Source of the DNA: an uncultured Solirubrobacteraceae bacterium
GTDB taxonomy: Bacteria; Actinomycetota; Thermoleophilia; Solirubrobacterales; Solirubrobacteraceae
Length of the DNA: 64,000 nt
Reading direction: 5' to 3'
NCBI GenBank assembly: GCA_963817295.1
Contig: CAWFOF010000002.1
Location: forward strand, 3,683-67,682
Shown piece after piece: positions 53,329 to 63,679 of the stretch. The notes under the pieces were generated by a model. It was not told where the DNA came from. It saw only the letters and a list, made by a program, of their open reading frames with translations, and made no database searches. Numbering within the stretch: the stretch's first letter is position 1; each line of letters opens with the position of its first letter. Both the position numbers and the translations under genes were made by a program.

Positions 53329-54065
53329 TCACTGACCGTACTGGAGCCGCTCGGCGAGCGAGTCGGGTAGCCGGGCCGCCCGGATCGCGGCGGCCGCGCC
53401 GTCGACGTCGTAGGTGGTGCGCCGCCAGAGGCGGACGCCGCGGACGAGGTCGAGCAGCAGCCACGCCGCGCGCGGGTCGCCGTCGCGCGGCTGTCCGACG
53501 CTGCCGGGGTTCAGCAGCCAGCGGCCGGCCGCGACGTCGGCGCTCGTCGTCGCCCCGGCGCGAGCTGCCGGTGGCCGGCTCGCCCTCGGGGCGCGTGAAC
53601 GAGCACGCGACGTGGCTGTGCCCGAGCAGGCCGATCCGCTCGTCGAAGCGCGTCGAAGCAGAGGTCGGCGAGCAGCGCGCTCAGCACGTACTCCCAGACC
53701 GGGTCGCGCGGGCTGCCGTGGAAGAGCCCGGTGTCCTCGCGCGCTGCCGCGCGGCTCGAGCCCGGCCAGCCAGTCGAGCTGCGTCCGGGTCGATCACCTC
53801 CTGCGTCCAGCGGGCGGCCATCGCGGCGCCGGGCGAGAACTCGTCGAGCGGGATCTCGCCCGTGACGCCGAGGTCGTGGTTGCCGGCGAGGCACACGGCG
53901 GCGCTGCCGCGCACCAGCTCGACGCAGTCGTTCGGATCGGCGCCGTAGCCGACGACGTCGCCGAGGCACCAGATCTCGCGCGGCGGCCGTCGCCGCCACG
54001 TCCGCGAGGACGGCCTCGAGGGCGTGCCGGTTGGCGTGGATGTCGGAGAGGACCGCGACCTGCAT
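53329..54065 (-). CDS. Metallophosphoesterase-family protein (YfcE/MJ0936-like); several frame switches
   Basis: ORF 53511..54065 starts MQVAVLSDIHANRHALEAVLADV. The next part was read manually as IWCLGDVVGYGADPNDCVELV. ORF 53681..53914 reads CLAGNHDLGVTGE. Further manual readings: GLFHGSPRDPVWEY, LLGHSHV, and the C-terminus NPGSVGQPRDGDPRAAWLLLDL. Confidence 0.7.
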
Positions 54066-54101
54066 AGGGCTGGACCGACCGCCGACGGTAGCGGCAGCGA
54101 C

Positions 54102-54411
54102 CTAGAAGTCTTCGCGCTCCTGCTCGATCTCGGGCAGGTTCTTGATGCTCTCGCGCGGCACGCCAGCGCCCGTAGTTGTCCTCCATCGCGTCGATCAGCT
54201 CGCGCATGAAGCGGGACGAGAGGTTGATCCGCGAGACGACGACGCCGGGGATGACGTCGTCCTCGACCTCGTGGTCCACCCGCGCGAACGTCAGCGTGAA
54301 CTCGTAGTCGGAGTGGCTCACGTTCGCGAAGTTCGCGTAGAGGCCCGCCATCTTCTCCGGCTCGATGTGGATGTTGATCTGTCGCTCGGGCTCTTGGGGG
54401 GTGTCGGCCAT
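54102..54411 (-). CDS. DUF3467-family protein (one frame switch near 54160)
   Basis: ORF 53794..54411 N-terminus: MADTPQEPERQINIHIEPEKMAGLYANFANVSHSDYEFTLTFARVDHE...VVSRINLSSRFMRELIDAMEDNYGRW. The manually read tail is ESIKNLPEIEQEREDF, with a stop at 54102-54104. Confidence 0.65.
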
Positions 54412-54433
54412 GGTGCGCCTAGTATCCCGCCTC

Positions 54434-54842
54434 GTGAGGATCCTCGTCGTCGCCGTCGGCCGCCTCCGCCCGCCCTACGTCGACGACGTGCAGCACTACC
54501 AGCGGCTGATCGCCCGGCACGCGCGCGTCGAGCTGATCGAGGTGCGCGAGGACGACCAGGTCGAGAAGCGGATCCCCGAGCGCGCGTTCACCTGCCTGCT
54601 GGACGTCGGCGGCGCGCACGTACGACAGCGAGGGCTTCAGCGGCTTCCTCGAGGAGCGGCGGATGAGCGGGCTCGACCTGTGCTTCGTCGTCGGCGGCCC
54701 GTACGGGCTCGCGCTCCCCGGCGCGACGCACAAGATCTCGCTCGGCCCGATGACGCTGCCGCACCAGCTCGCGCGCGTCGTCCTGCTCGAGCAGCTCTAC
54801 CGCGCGCACAAGATCCTCGCCCGCGAGCCCTACCACCACTAG
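54434..54842 (+). CDS. rlmH: 23S rRNA (pseudouridine1915-N3)-methyltransferase RlmH (one frame switch near 54615)
   Basis: [37 protein letters not shown] (ORF 54365 frame). The rest was read manually: [25 protein letters not shown]...[35 protein letters not shown]. Confidence 0.8.
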
Positions 54843-54887
54843 TGGCCCTTCTCGGAATGCGTCGACCGACGTCGCGCGAAGACACTG

Positions 54888-55903
54888 ATGCCCGGCCGCG
54901 GAGACCTCCGGCCCGTTCCTGCGGGCGCTTCGCGCGTCGTCGTGCTCGGCGCTCGTCGGCGCTGCTCGCCGCGGGCACGCTCGGCCTACACGCTGTTCGA
55001 GAACGTGAACGTCTGGGACGGGTTCCTCTGGTCGCTCGACACGATCGCGACCGAGGGCGCGCGCAACAAGCCCGACAGCGTCGCGGCGAGATCACGTGGG
55101 TCGTCCTGATCGTGCTGGGCGTCGGTACATTGCTCTACGCGCTGGTGACGCTGGTCGAGCTCCTCGTCTCCGGGCACCTGCGCACCCTCCTCGACGAGCG
55201 CCGGGAGCAGCGAGCCATCGACGCCCTGACCGACCACGTGATCATCTGCGGCTTCGGCCGCGTCGGCCGGCAGGTCGCCCGTGACCTGCGCGCATCCGGG
55301 GAGCGCTACGTCGTGATCGACCCGCGGCCGCAGCAGGCCGAGGAGGCACGGCACGTCGGCGTCCGCTTCATCGAGGGCAATGCCTCCGAGGACGAGTCGC
55401 TCATGCTCGCGGGCATCGAGCGCGCAAGCGCGGTGATCGCCTGCATCGACTCCGACGCGGAGAACGTCTTCGTCGCGCTCTCCGCACGGCAGCTGAACGC
55501 CGACGTGCCGATCATCGCCCGCGCGTCGAACCCGGACGCCGAGCCCAAGCTGCTGCGCGCCGGCGCGACGCGCGTGATCTCGCCCTACCGCACCAGCGGC
55601 ACCGAGATGGCCCGCGCGGCATTGACCCCGCAGGTGTCGGGGGCGCTCGAGGTCGCGCCCGAATACCGGCTCGAGGAGATCGAGGTCGAGGCGGGCTCGC
55701 CCGCGGACGGGCGCGCCATCGTCGACGTGCGCGGCGATGCGATCATCGTCGGTGTGCGCCACCGCGACGGATCGTTCCTTCCGCAGCCCCCGAGCAGCAC
55801 CGGCCTGCATGCCGGTGACGTCCTGCTCGCGCTCGGGCACGTCCAGACGCTGACCCGGCTGGAGCGCGCACTCGGGCCGCACGGCAGCGCGGCGGCGTCG
55901 TGA
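54888..55903 (+). CDS. MthK-like two-TM channel with RCK (TrkA-N/TrkA-C) domains and a non-canonical pore signature; frame switches in the N-terminal part
   Basis: ORF 54888..55109: YTLFENVNVWDGFLWSLDTIATEGARNKPDSVA. ORF 54365..55903 tail: GEITWVVLIVLGVGTLLYALV...HVIICGFGRVGRQVARDL...VIACIDSDAENV...IEVEAGSPADGRAI. Confidence 0.7.
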
Positions 55904-57539
55904 CCGAGCCGCTCGCAGACCTCCGCGCCGCGCTCGACGCGGCGGTCGCCGACGTCGCCGGTGACGGCGGCGCCCCGCCGACCGCCGCCGGCGCTCGACC
56001 GGCCCCGCCAGGCCGAGCACGGCGACTACGCCACGAACGCCGCGATGCTGCTGACCAAGCGGCTCGGGCGGCCGCCGCGCGAGATCGCGCAGCGGATCGC
56101 CGCGGCGCTCGGCGAGCAGCTCGGCGCCGTCGCTGACGAGCGCCGACGTCGCCGGGCCCGGGCTTCCTCAACCTCGTCCTCGACGACGCGTGGTACGCCG
56201 CCGCGGTCGCCGACGTCCTCGCCGCCGGTGACGCGTGGGGCGGCGGCGGCGCCGACGCGCCGCTGGCCGTCAACGTCGAGTTCGTCAGCGCGAACCCGAC
56301 CGGCCCGGTGCACGTCGGCGGCACGCGCAACGCCGCCTACGGCGACGCGCTGGCGCGGCTGCTCGCCTTCCAGGGCCATCGCGTCCACCGCGAGTTCTAC
56401 GTCAACGACTTCGGCAGCCAGACGCGCCGGCTCGGCGAGTCGATCCAGGCCCGCGCACGCGGGGAGGAGCCGCCGCCCGACGGGTACAAGGGCGAGTACG
56501 TCAGCGACCTCGCGCGCGGCGATCGACGGCGCGGCGGACCTGCCCGTGGACGACGTCGCGCGGCGCGGCGTCGAGCTGATGGTGGCGCAGGCCGAGACGT
56601 CGCTCGCGCGGTTCCGGATCACGTTCGACCACTGGTTCAGCGAGCGCTCGCTGCACGAGGGCGATCCGACCCCGGTCGCGCACGCCTTCGAGGTGCTCGA
56701 CGGGCAGGGCCGCACGTTCCGCGAGGACGGCGCGCTGTGGCTGCGCACGACCGACTTCGGCGACGACAAGGACCGCGTGCTCGAGCGCTCCAACGGCGAG
56801 CACACCTACTTCGCCAGCGACATCGCCTACCACCAGGAGAAGCGCGAGCGCGGCTTCAACCTGCTGATCGACGTGTGGGGCGCCGACCATCACGGCTACG
56901 TCCAGCGGATGCAGGCGGCGTTCCAGGCGCTCGGCGGCGCGCCCGAGCAGCTCGAGCTGCTGATCATGCAGTTCGTGCATCTCGTCGAGGGCGGCGAGCG
57001 CGGCAAGATGAGCAAGCGCGCCGGCGAGTTCGTCACGCTCGACGACCTCGTCGACGACATCGGCGTCGACGCGGCGCGCTGGTTCCTGCTCGCGCGCTCG
57101 CACGACACGTCGATCGACCTCGATCTCGAGCTCGCGCGCAGCCAGTCGAGCGACAACCCCGTGTACTACGTGCAGTACGCGCACGCCCGGATCGCGTCGG
57201 TGCTGCGCAAGGCCGGCGAGGCGCGCGTCGCCGAGGCGCTGGCGGCGCCGGCGCAGGTGCCGGCGCACCGGGCTGCACCCGAGCGAGCGCGCGCTCGTGC
57301 GGCGGCTGCTCGACTTCCCGGAGGAGGCGCGCGAGGCCGCCGACCGCCGCGCGCCGCACCGGATCGCCGCCTACGCGCTCGAAGCCGCGCAGCTCTTCAG
57401 CGCGTTCTACCGCGACTGCCAGGTCGTCGGCGTGCCGGCCGACGAGGAGACCCTGCGCCTGCGGCTCAGCGTCGCGACGCTGAACGTGCTCGCGCGCGCA
57501 CTCGACCTGCTCGGTATCGAGGCTCCGCAGGAGATGTAG
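55900..57539 (+). CDS. argS: Arginine--tRNA ligase (several frame switches)
   Basis: Motifs: [13 protein letters not shown]; [30 protein letters not shown] (ORF 56308 frame); [10 protein letters not shown]...GKMSKRAG (ORF 55961 frame); and the tail ORF 57297..57539 ([21 protein letters not shown]). Confidence 0.95.
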
Positions 57540-57544
57540 CGTCG

Positions 57545-59063
57545 CCGGGCACGGTGATCGCGCCGCGCTCGACCGTGATCTGATCGCCCGGCGGGTCGGC
57601 CTCGAGCGGAAGCCACGGGGTCCGGCGCCGGTCGCTGCAGCGCCTGCGACCGCGAGCACCGCGCCCGCCGCGCCGGCCGCGACGAGCAGCGGCAGCACGC
57701 GCAGGTTGTGCCGTGCCTGGGCGACGAAGACGGCGTTGACGGCGGTGCTCGTGACGACGGGGGTGAGGACGAGGATGAGGCCGGCGCGGCGACCGCGGGC
57801 GAGCGCGAGACCCGCGACCGATCCGGCGAGCGCGAGCCCGACGAGCAGCAGGTGCCAGGCGGTCAGCCAGCCGCGCGGGTTGCGCGTGCCGCCGCGGTAG
57901 TAGCCGCCCCACATGCGCGTGACCTTGCGCGCCTCCATCGCCGCGAACGCGACCGGCCGGTGCACCGCGTACGTCTTGAGGTTGCGGCGGGCCTCGAAGC
58001 CGAGCGCCCAGCGCAGCTTGTCCTCGGGAATCGCGCGGTACGGCCCGGGCACGAGCTCCGGGTGGCGCTCACGGATGTACGCGCGCAGGACGTACTCGCC
58101 GCGCAGGTTGCTCGTGCGCACGTTCGTGAGGTTCGGCATGTTGCGCCGCACGTACAGCTGCAGCTGCTGGCGCACGCCGCCGAGCTTGCCGTCACCCGGG
58201 AGGTAGGTGCCGACGAAGAGGGTGGAGGGGCCGCTGCCTGCGACGGGGATGAAGCGACCGGCCTGCAGCGACGCGTAGGTGCTCCAGGGGGCGGCGACGA
58301 GCAGCGGGACGGCGACGAGGAGCACGGCCTGGCTCAGCGCCGTGCGCGTTCCCGCGCGGCCGCGCGCGAGGAGGAACCAGACGGCGCCCAGGACGGCGGG
58401 GAGGACGAGCAGGTCGGCGCGCACGAGCAGCGCCACGCCGAGCGCCGCGCCCGCGAGCGCGATGCGCCACGGCTGCGGTCTGCGCCACGCCGTGAGCAGC
58501 GCCAGCGCCGCGAGCGTGAGCGTCAGCGCTCCGAGCGGTTCGCTGACGAGGTCGCCGGTCGCGCGGATCAGCGGCGGGTAGGTCGCGACGGCGCCGGCGG
58601 CGAGCAGTCCCGCGAAGCGGTCCCGCGAGGCCCGCGGCGAGCAGGAAGACGACGAGGATGAGCGCGGTGCCGATCAGCGCCTGCGCCCAGAACGCGCTGT
58701 GCAGCTGCGCCGCGCCAGCCGTCGCCGTCGGCGCCCGGGGCGAGCAGGTGCGCGGCGGCGAAGACGGCGGGCGTTCCGGGCGCCCAGTGCCACGGGTCGG
58801 ACGAGCCCGGCGCGCTGTACCCGTCGCCGGCGGCGAGGTTCAGCGCGATCCGCGCATAGGAGCGCTCGTCGGACGAGAGGTAGCGGCCCGGGTCGGCGGC
58901 CTGCGCCGCCGCGCAGCGCGCCGCCGAGCGCGACGATGGCGATGAGCGCGGCGATGACGACGCGCCGCGAGGGGGCGCGCACGAGACCGCGGCCGGCTCG
59001 CGTCGCAGCGGTCGCTGCGGCGCGGTCCGGCGAACGGGGAAGCTCGCCGCGGAACGTGGCCAT
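57545..59063 (-). CDS. GT39/ArnT-like phospholipid-carrier-dependent glycosyltransferase (membrane); frame switches, 3' end not resolved
   Basis: ORF 58674..59063 N-terminus: VVIAALIAIVALGGALR. Manually read: DERSYARIALNLAAGDGY...PWHWAPGTPAVFAAAH. ORF 57033..58436: LLVRADLLVLPAVLGAVWFLLA...VAVPLLVAAPWSTYAS...FVGTYLPGDG. All three frames stay open into the argS 3' end. Confidence 0.55.
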
Positions 59064-59133
59064 CAGCGCGGGATTCGCGCCAGCCGCGGTGCGCCCCTTG
59101 CCTGGGCGCTCAATTGCAGCGGGCCGGGCGCGA

Positions 59134-59883
59134 CTACAGGTTGTAGATGCCGTCGAGCCCGATGCTCTGGAGGAACTGCTGGGCCTCGATGTTGAGCCGC
59201 GTGAGCTCGCCCGACAGGATCAGCGCGCCCATCACGATCAGGATCGCGCCGGAGATGAAGGTCACCGTGAGGTAGTGGTCGCGCAGCCACGAGAAGGCGC
59301 CCGTCGCCTTGTCGAACGCGACCGCGGTCAGCAGGAACGGGACGGCCAGGCCGAGCGAGTAGAACGCGAGCAGGACGCCGCCGTGCGCGACGGAGTCCGC
59401 GGTCGAGGCGGCGGCGAGGATCGAGGCGAGCGTCGGGCCGACGCACGGCGTCCAGGCGATCGCGAACGCCAGGCCGGCGATGATCGGCCCGCCGGTGCCC
59501 GCGCGCAGCATCAGCGCGTCCGGCCGCCAGTCCTTGTTGAGCCGCGGGACGAACGGCGTCAGCACGAAGAAGATCCCCATGCCGATGATCAGCAGGCCGG
59601 CGATCGTGTCGAGCGTCTGCTTGTGATCGCGCAGCGTCGAGCCGAGGCCGGTCGCGCTCATCCCGAGCGCGACGAACATCAGCGTGAACGAGAGGCAGAA
59701 GACGATCGCGGGGGCGAGCACGTGCGAGAGCCGGTGCTCGCCGGCGCGCATCTCGGCGATGCTGATCCCCGAGATCGCCGACAGGTACCCGGGCACGAGC
59801 GGCAGCACGCACGGGGAGAGGAACGAGATGAACCCGACCGCGAACGCGGCGAGGATCGTCGTGTCGGCCGTCGCGATGATCAC
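59134..59883 (-). CDS. ccdA: Cytochrome c biogenesis thiol-reductant transporter CcdA (DsbD family)
   Basis: GTG at 59883 within ORF 59134..60237. Motifs: FAVGFISFLSPCVLPLVPGYLS and GLAFAIAWTPCVGPTL. Reads intact from this start. Confidence 0.85.
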   Translation of the reverse strand: MIIATADTTILAAFAVGFISFLSPCVLPLVPGYLSAISGISIAEMRAGEHRLSHVLAPAIVFCLSFTLMFVALGMSATGLGSTLRDHKQTLDTIAGLLIIGMGIFFVLTPFVPRLNKDWRPDALMLRAGTGGPIIAGLAFAIAWTPCVGPTLASILAAASTADSVAHGGVLLAFYSLGLAVPFLLTAVAFDKATGAFSWLRDHYLTVTFISGAILIVMGALILSGELTRLNIEAQQFLQSIGLDGIYNL

Positions 59884-60008
59884 CGCGTGTCGAAGCGCGC
59901 GAGCTCGTCGTCGAGCCGCCGCCGGTCGCCGTCGTCGATCGTCACGAGCGGGCTGTCCGGCGGCGGGCTCACGGGAGCGCCGTCGCCAGCGCGGGAGCAG
60001 CACGAGCA

Positions 60009-60353
60009 TCAGGCGAGCAGGAGCCCGGCCGCCACCAGGATCGGCACGAGGTAGGCGGCGAGGCTGAAGCCCTTCTTCTCCGGCAGCGCGAGGATCGCCG
60101 GCCCGTACCGCGCCTTCAGGGTCGCCTTGACCTGCGCCTTCGTCTCGCCGCGGGCGATCAGCACGCGGATCTCGCGGCGCAGCTGGTCGGCGCGCGGCGA
60201 CTCGGCGATGTAGAGCGGCACGTTGCACGTGTCGCACATCACCTCGTCCTCGACGTCGGGGAACGACGCGCGCGGCGTCGCGGCGAGCGCGGTCCCCGCG
60301 GGCGCCAGCGCGAGCAGGCAGAGCAGCAGCGCGAGCAGGCGGGCGCGGGTCAC
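60009..60353 (-). CDS. ccmH: CcmH/NrfF-like cytochrome c maturation protein
   Basis: The GTG at 60353 overlaps the upstream stop. Sequence: VTRARLLALLLCLLALAPAGTALA...VEDEVMCDTCNVPLYIAESPRADQLRREIRVLIARGETKAQVKATLKARYG...FSLAAYLVPILVAAGLL. Confidence 0.75.
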   Translation of the reverse strand: MTRARLLALLLCLLALAPAGTALAATPRASFPDVEDEVMCDTCNVPLYIAESPRADQLRREIRVLIARGETKAQVKATLKARYGPAILALPEKKGFSLAAYLVPILVAAGLLLA

Positions 60354-60917
60354 GCCGCCGCCTGGTCCTTCAGCGCGCGGTCGATCGCGCCGTTCAGGAA
60401 GGGCTCCCGGATCTCCCCGCGCGAGATCGCGACGACGCGGCCGCGGCGGTCGAGCACGAACGTCTCGGGCAGCTTCGAGGTCCCGAACTTCGGGGCGACC
60501 TGCAGCTTGTCGTCGCGCAGCGAGGGGTAGGTGACCTTCAGCTCGCGCTCGAACTTGCGCGACTCGTCGGCGAAGTCCTTGTACGTGACGCCGAGCACCG
60601 TGCCCTTGCCGCTGCGCTGCAGGCGCTGCTGCGCGCGCTCGAGGATCGGGGCCTCGGCGCGGCACGGGTCGCACCACGAGGCCCAGAAGTTCAGCACGAC
60701 GACCTTGCCCCGCAGGTCGGCCAGCGACGTCTTCGTGCCTGCCGTCCAGCGCGGGGAGCGACACGGTCGCGGCCGGCGCGACGGGCCGCTTGCCCTGCTT
60801 GACGGCGCTGTCGAGCGACGTGTCGTCGCCCGTGTTGAGGACGCCGTAGATGATCAGCCCGGTGAGCATGACGGCGAGCAGCACGACGGCTCCGGTGGCG
60901 AACGGCGGACGTTTCAC
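60350..60917 (-). CDS. TlpA/ResA-like thiol:disulfide oxidoreductase (membrane-anchored thioredoxin fold); one frame switch near 60720
   Basis: N-terminal anchor VKRPPFATGAVVLLAVMLTGLIIYGV (ORF 60009..60998 frame). ORF 60350..60697 reads LNFWASWCDPCRAEAPILE...LPETFVLDRRGRVV. The start could be 60998. Confidence 0.8.
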
Positions 60918-61025
60918 GGACGGCGAAGGGTAGATGCGTGCGGTTTCCGGGGCGCCGACGGGAGGAGATCCACCATGTGTGCGAAACCTCTTGAGCATCT
61001 TGACGTTCTTGTCGATGTGCCCCTC

Positions 61026-61265
61026 ATGAGACCGCTCGCCTCACCCACCCGCCCGTCGCGCCGCCGCGCGCGCCGTGCCGGACACCCCGCGCCGGTCGTC
61101 GCCGCAGCACCCGCCAAGCCCGCCCCGACGCCGGAGGAGCGCGCCCGCCGCGCCGGCGGCCCCGAGGATCGCGCGCTCTACACGTGCGGCTGCGGCACCG
61201 CGTTCGACGCAGCCGTGCTGATGGACGTCACCTGCCCCGCCTGCGGGGCCGCGCAGAGCTGGTAG
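61026..61265 (+). CDS. Small zinc-ribbon-like protein
   Basis: Tail of ORF 60531..61265: MRPLASPTRPSRRRARRAG...YTCGCGTAFDAAVLMDVTCPACGAAQSW (CxC...CxxC). Confidence 0.4.
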   Translation: MRPLASPTRPSRRRARRAGHPAPVVAAAPAKPAPTPEERARRAGGPEDRALYTCGCGTAFDAAVLMDVTCPACGAAQSW

Positions 61266-61269
61266 CGCC

Positions 61270-61653
61270 TACTTCACCTGCGAGAGGTTCGCGAGCAGCG
61301 CCTCGCGGCATCCCGCCTTCGGTCGAACTTCACGCCGACGTCGTCCGAGCTGTTCGTGACGACCAGCGCGTCCTGGGAGGTCCGCTGCTTCAGGACCTCC
61401 GTCGTGCGTCAGCAGGATCATCGTGACCCTGCACCCCGTGGGGTTCGTCCAGGTCCCGTCGGCGTTCTCCGTGAAGCCCGCGATCTTCGGCCACCTGCGC
61501 GGCCGTGTAGCGCGCCTTCGCGGTCGTCGTCGGCGGCCGTCGCGTCGCGGTGCTCGTCGCGGTCGCGTCGTCGCTCGAGCCGCACGCCGCGAGGGCGAGC
61601 GCGGCGAGCGCGAGCAGCAGCGCTGCCGGGCGGTGTCGCGCGGTGCGGATCAT
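61270..61653 (-). CDS. Small lipoprotein, hypothetical (frame switches)
   Basis: Met at 61653 in ORF 61390..61725: MIRTARHRPAALLLALAALALAACGSSDD (lipobox). The manually read continuation is ARYTAAQVAKIAGFTENADGTWTNPTGCRVTMILL... Confidence 0.45.
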
Positions 61654-61696
61654 GGCCCGGGAACCTAGAGCTGCCGCGGGTGTACCGTCCAGAGCC

Positions 61697-61942
61697 ATGA
61701 ACGACGCCGACGTCCTGAACCACATCGACGAGCTCGTCGCCGAGGAGCACCGGCTGCTGGACCAGGGTGCCTCCGAGCACGGTCTCGACGCCGACGGCCA
61801 TGCGCGCCTCGCCGACGTGAAGGTCCAGCTCGACCGCTGCTGGGACCTGCTGCGCCAGCGCCGCGCACACGAGGAGTTCGGGCTCGACCCGGACGAGACG
61901 TCCGAGCGGCCGGCGGACGTCGTCGAGGGCTACGAGCAGTAG
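61697..61942 (+). CDS. DUF2630-family protein
   Basis: Met at 61697 in ORF 61550..61942: MNDADVLNHIDELVAEEHRLLDQGASEHGLDADGHARLADVKVQLDRCWDLLRQRRAHEEFGLDPDE. Confidence 0.6.
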   Translation: MNDADVLNHIDELVAEEHRLLDQGASEHGLDADGHARLADVKVQLDRCWDLLRQRRAHEEFGLDPDETSERPADVVEGYEQ

Positions 61943-61953
61943 CCGACGCCGCG

Positions 61954-62507
61954 ATGGGCGAGCAGCGCGAGCGCATGGTCGCCGGGCTGCCGTACGACCC
62001 GGGCGATCCCGAGCTCGTCGCCGAGCGCGCCCGCTGCCGCGCCGTCCTGCAGCGGTTCGAGCGCGCCGCGAGCGAGGCGGACGGGCATGGAGGTCCTGCG
62101 CGGGCTGCTCGCGCGCGTCGGCGACGGACGCGATGGTCATCGGGCCGCTGCGCTGCGACTACGGCTGGAACGTGACGCTGGGCGACCGCGCGTTCCTGAA
62201 CTACGACGTGGTGATCCTCGACTGCGCGCCGGTGCGGATCGGCGAGCGCCGCGCTCCTCGGCCCGCGGGTCCAGCTGATCGCCGCGGACCATCCGCGGAC
62301 CGCCGAGGGTCGCGCCGCCGGGCCTCGAGTCGGCGGCGCCCGGTGACGGTCGAGGACGAGGCGTGGGTCGGCGCCGGCGCGATCGTCCTGCCCGGGCGTG
62401 ACCGTCGGGCGCGGCAGCATCGTCGGCGCCGGCAGCGTCGTCACCCGCGACGTCCCGCCGGCGTCGTCGCGGCCGGGAATCCGTGCCGGGTGCTGCGCGA
62501 GCTCTGA
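61954..62507 (+). CDS. Maltose/galactoside O-acetyltransferase-like hexapeptide-repeat acetyltransferase (many frame switches)
   Basis: MGEQRERMVAGLPYDPGDPELVAERARCRAVLQRFE (ORF 61954), LRCDYGWNVTLGDRAFLNYDVVILDCAPVRIGE (ORF 62133), and VTVEDEAWVGAGAIVLPG / VTVGRGSIVGAGSVVTRDVPP (ORF 62398). Tail: VVAAGNPCRVLREL. Confidence 0.7.
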
Positions 62508-62511
62508 CCGC

Positions 62512-63010
62512 TCAGTGCACCAGGGCCTTGAGCAGGACGACGGCGCCGCCGAGCGCGACGGCGATCACGGTCGAGAGGATCGTGATCCGCGGTGCCCGCT
62601 CCCGACATGCGTGCCGCGTAGGCGCCCGCCCAGCCGAGCTCGGCGAGGGCGATGAGCGTCGCGATCAGGATCGCCGTCCTGTCCGCCAGGACCCCGGCGC
62701 CGCCCAGCGCGAGGACGACCACGAGCGGCGCCGTGACCTCCACCAGCGGCCAGTCGTGGCGCAGCGCCTCGCCGCATCTCCGGCCCGGTCAGCATCCGGC
62801 GCCGGGCGATCGAGCGCGAGAGCACGCGGGAGTACACGTGCGCGAGCCAGAACACGATCCCGGTGACGAGCACCGTGAACCCGATGATCCCGGCGTCCGT
62901 CGAGTCGTACTCGCGCGAGACCGCGATCACCGAGGTCGCCAGGATCAGGCCGTAGATGCCCTCGGTGACGCTCCCGGTCGTGCGGACGACCCGCGGGCGC
63001 CAGCGTCCGG
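62512..63010 (-). CDS. Integral membrane protein, hypothetical (frame switches; start unresolved)
   Basis: ORF 62565..62930: IAVSREYDSTDAGIIGFTVLVTGIVFWLAHVYSRVLS. ORF 62441..62743: VEVTAPLVVVLALGGAGVLADRTAILIATLIALAELGWAGAYAARMSG. The manually read tail is ILSTVIAVALGGAVVLLKALVH, with a stop at 62512-62514. Confidence 0.45.
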
Positions 63011-63036
63011 GCGCGTGCGGTCCGTCTGCCGGCGGC

Positions 63037-63625
63037 CTAGACAGCGGAGCCTCCGGTGCCCGCCGGACGCAGCAGCCGCATCGTGTAGTCGACGACCTCG
63101 TCGAGCGTCCAGCGGCCGTCGGCGATGTTGCCGGTCAGGTAGATGACCGGCCCGCCCCAGGTGGCGAGGAGCTCGCGCTGGTCGAGATCCTGCCGCAGGA
63201 GTCCCTGCTCCTGGGCGACCGCGAACAACCGGGCCGGCGATCGCTCCGATCTCTTCGCGGCGCCGGCGCTCGGGCGTTCCCGGCGAGTAGGCGGGCGCCC
63301 AGCCGTACGTGCGCCACGTGAGGTTGATCTCGTAGACCCGGCGCACGAGCGCCTCGACCTCCGACAGCGGATCGTCAGCGCCGAGGTCGGCCTCGAGGAC
63401 CGCGGCGTGGACGTCCTTGATGGAGGCGTCGTGCAGGGCCGCGATGAGCGCCTCACGGCTGCGGAAGTGGCGGTAGAGCGTGACGCGGTGCACACCCGCG
63501 TGAGCGGCGACGACGCCGAGCTGCGCGCTCGAGTCCTCGGCGAACACGTCGCGGGCGGCGACCAGGATCGCGTCGATGTTGCGGCGCGCATCTGACCGCA
63601 GAGCCTCCCCCTCAGTGCCCACCAT
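63037..63625 (-). CDS. TetR-family transcriptional regulator (one frame switch near 63240)
   Basis: ORF 62945..63625: SDARRNIDAILVAARDVFAEDSSAQLGVVAAHAGVHRVTLYRHFRSREALIAAL. The tail from ORF 63037..63780 frame reads RLFAVAQEQGLLRQDLDQRELLATWGGPVIYL. Confidence 0.8.
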
Positions 63626-63679
63626 GCGACCTTAACGCCCGTCGGGGGTGATCCGCGGCCTGCGGAGTAGGGTCGCCGA

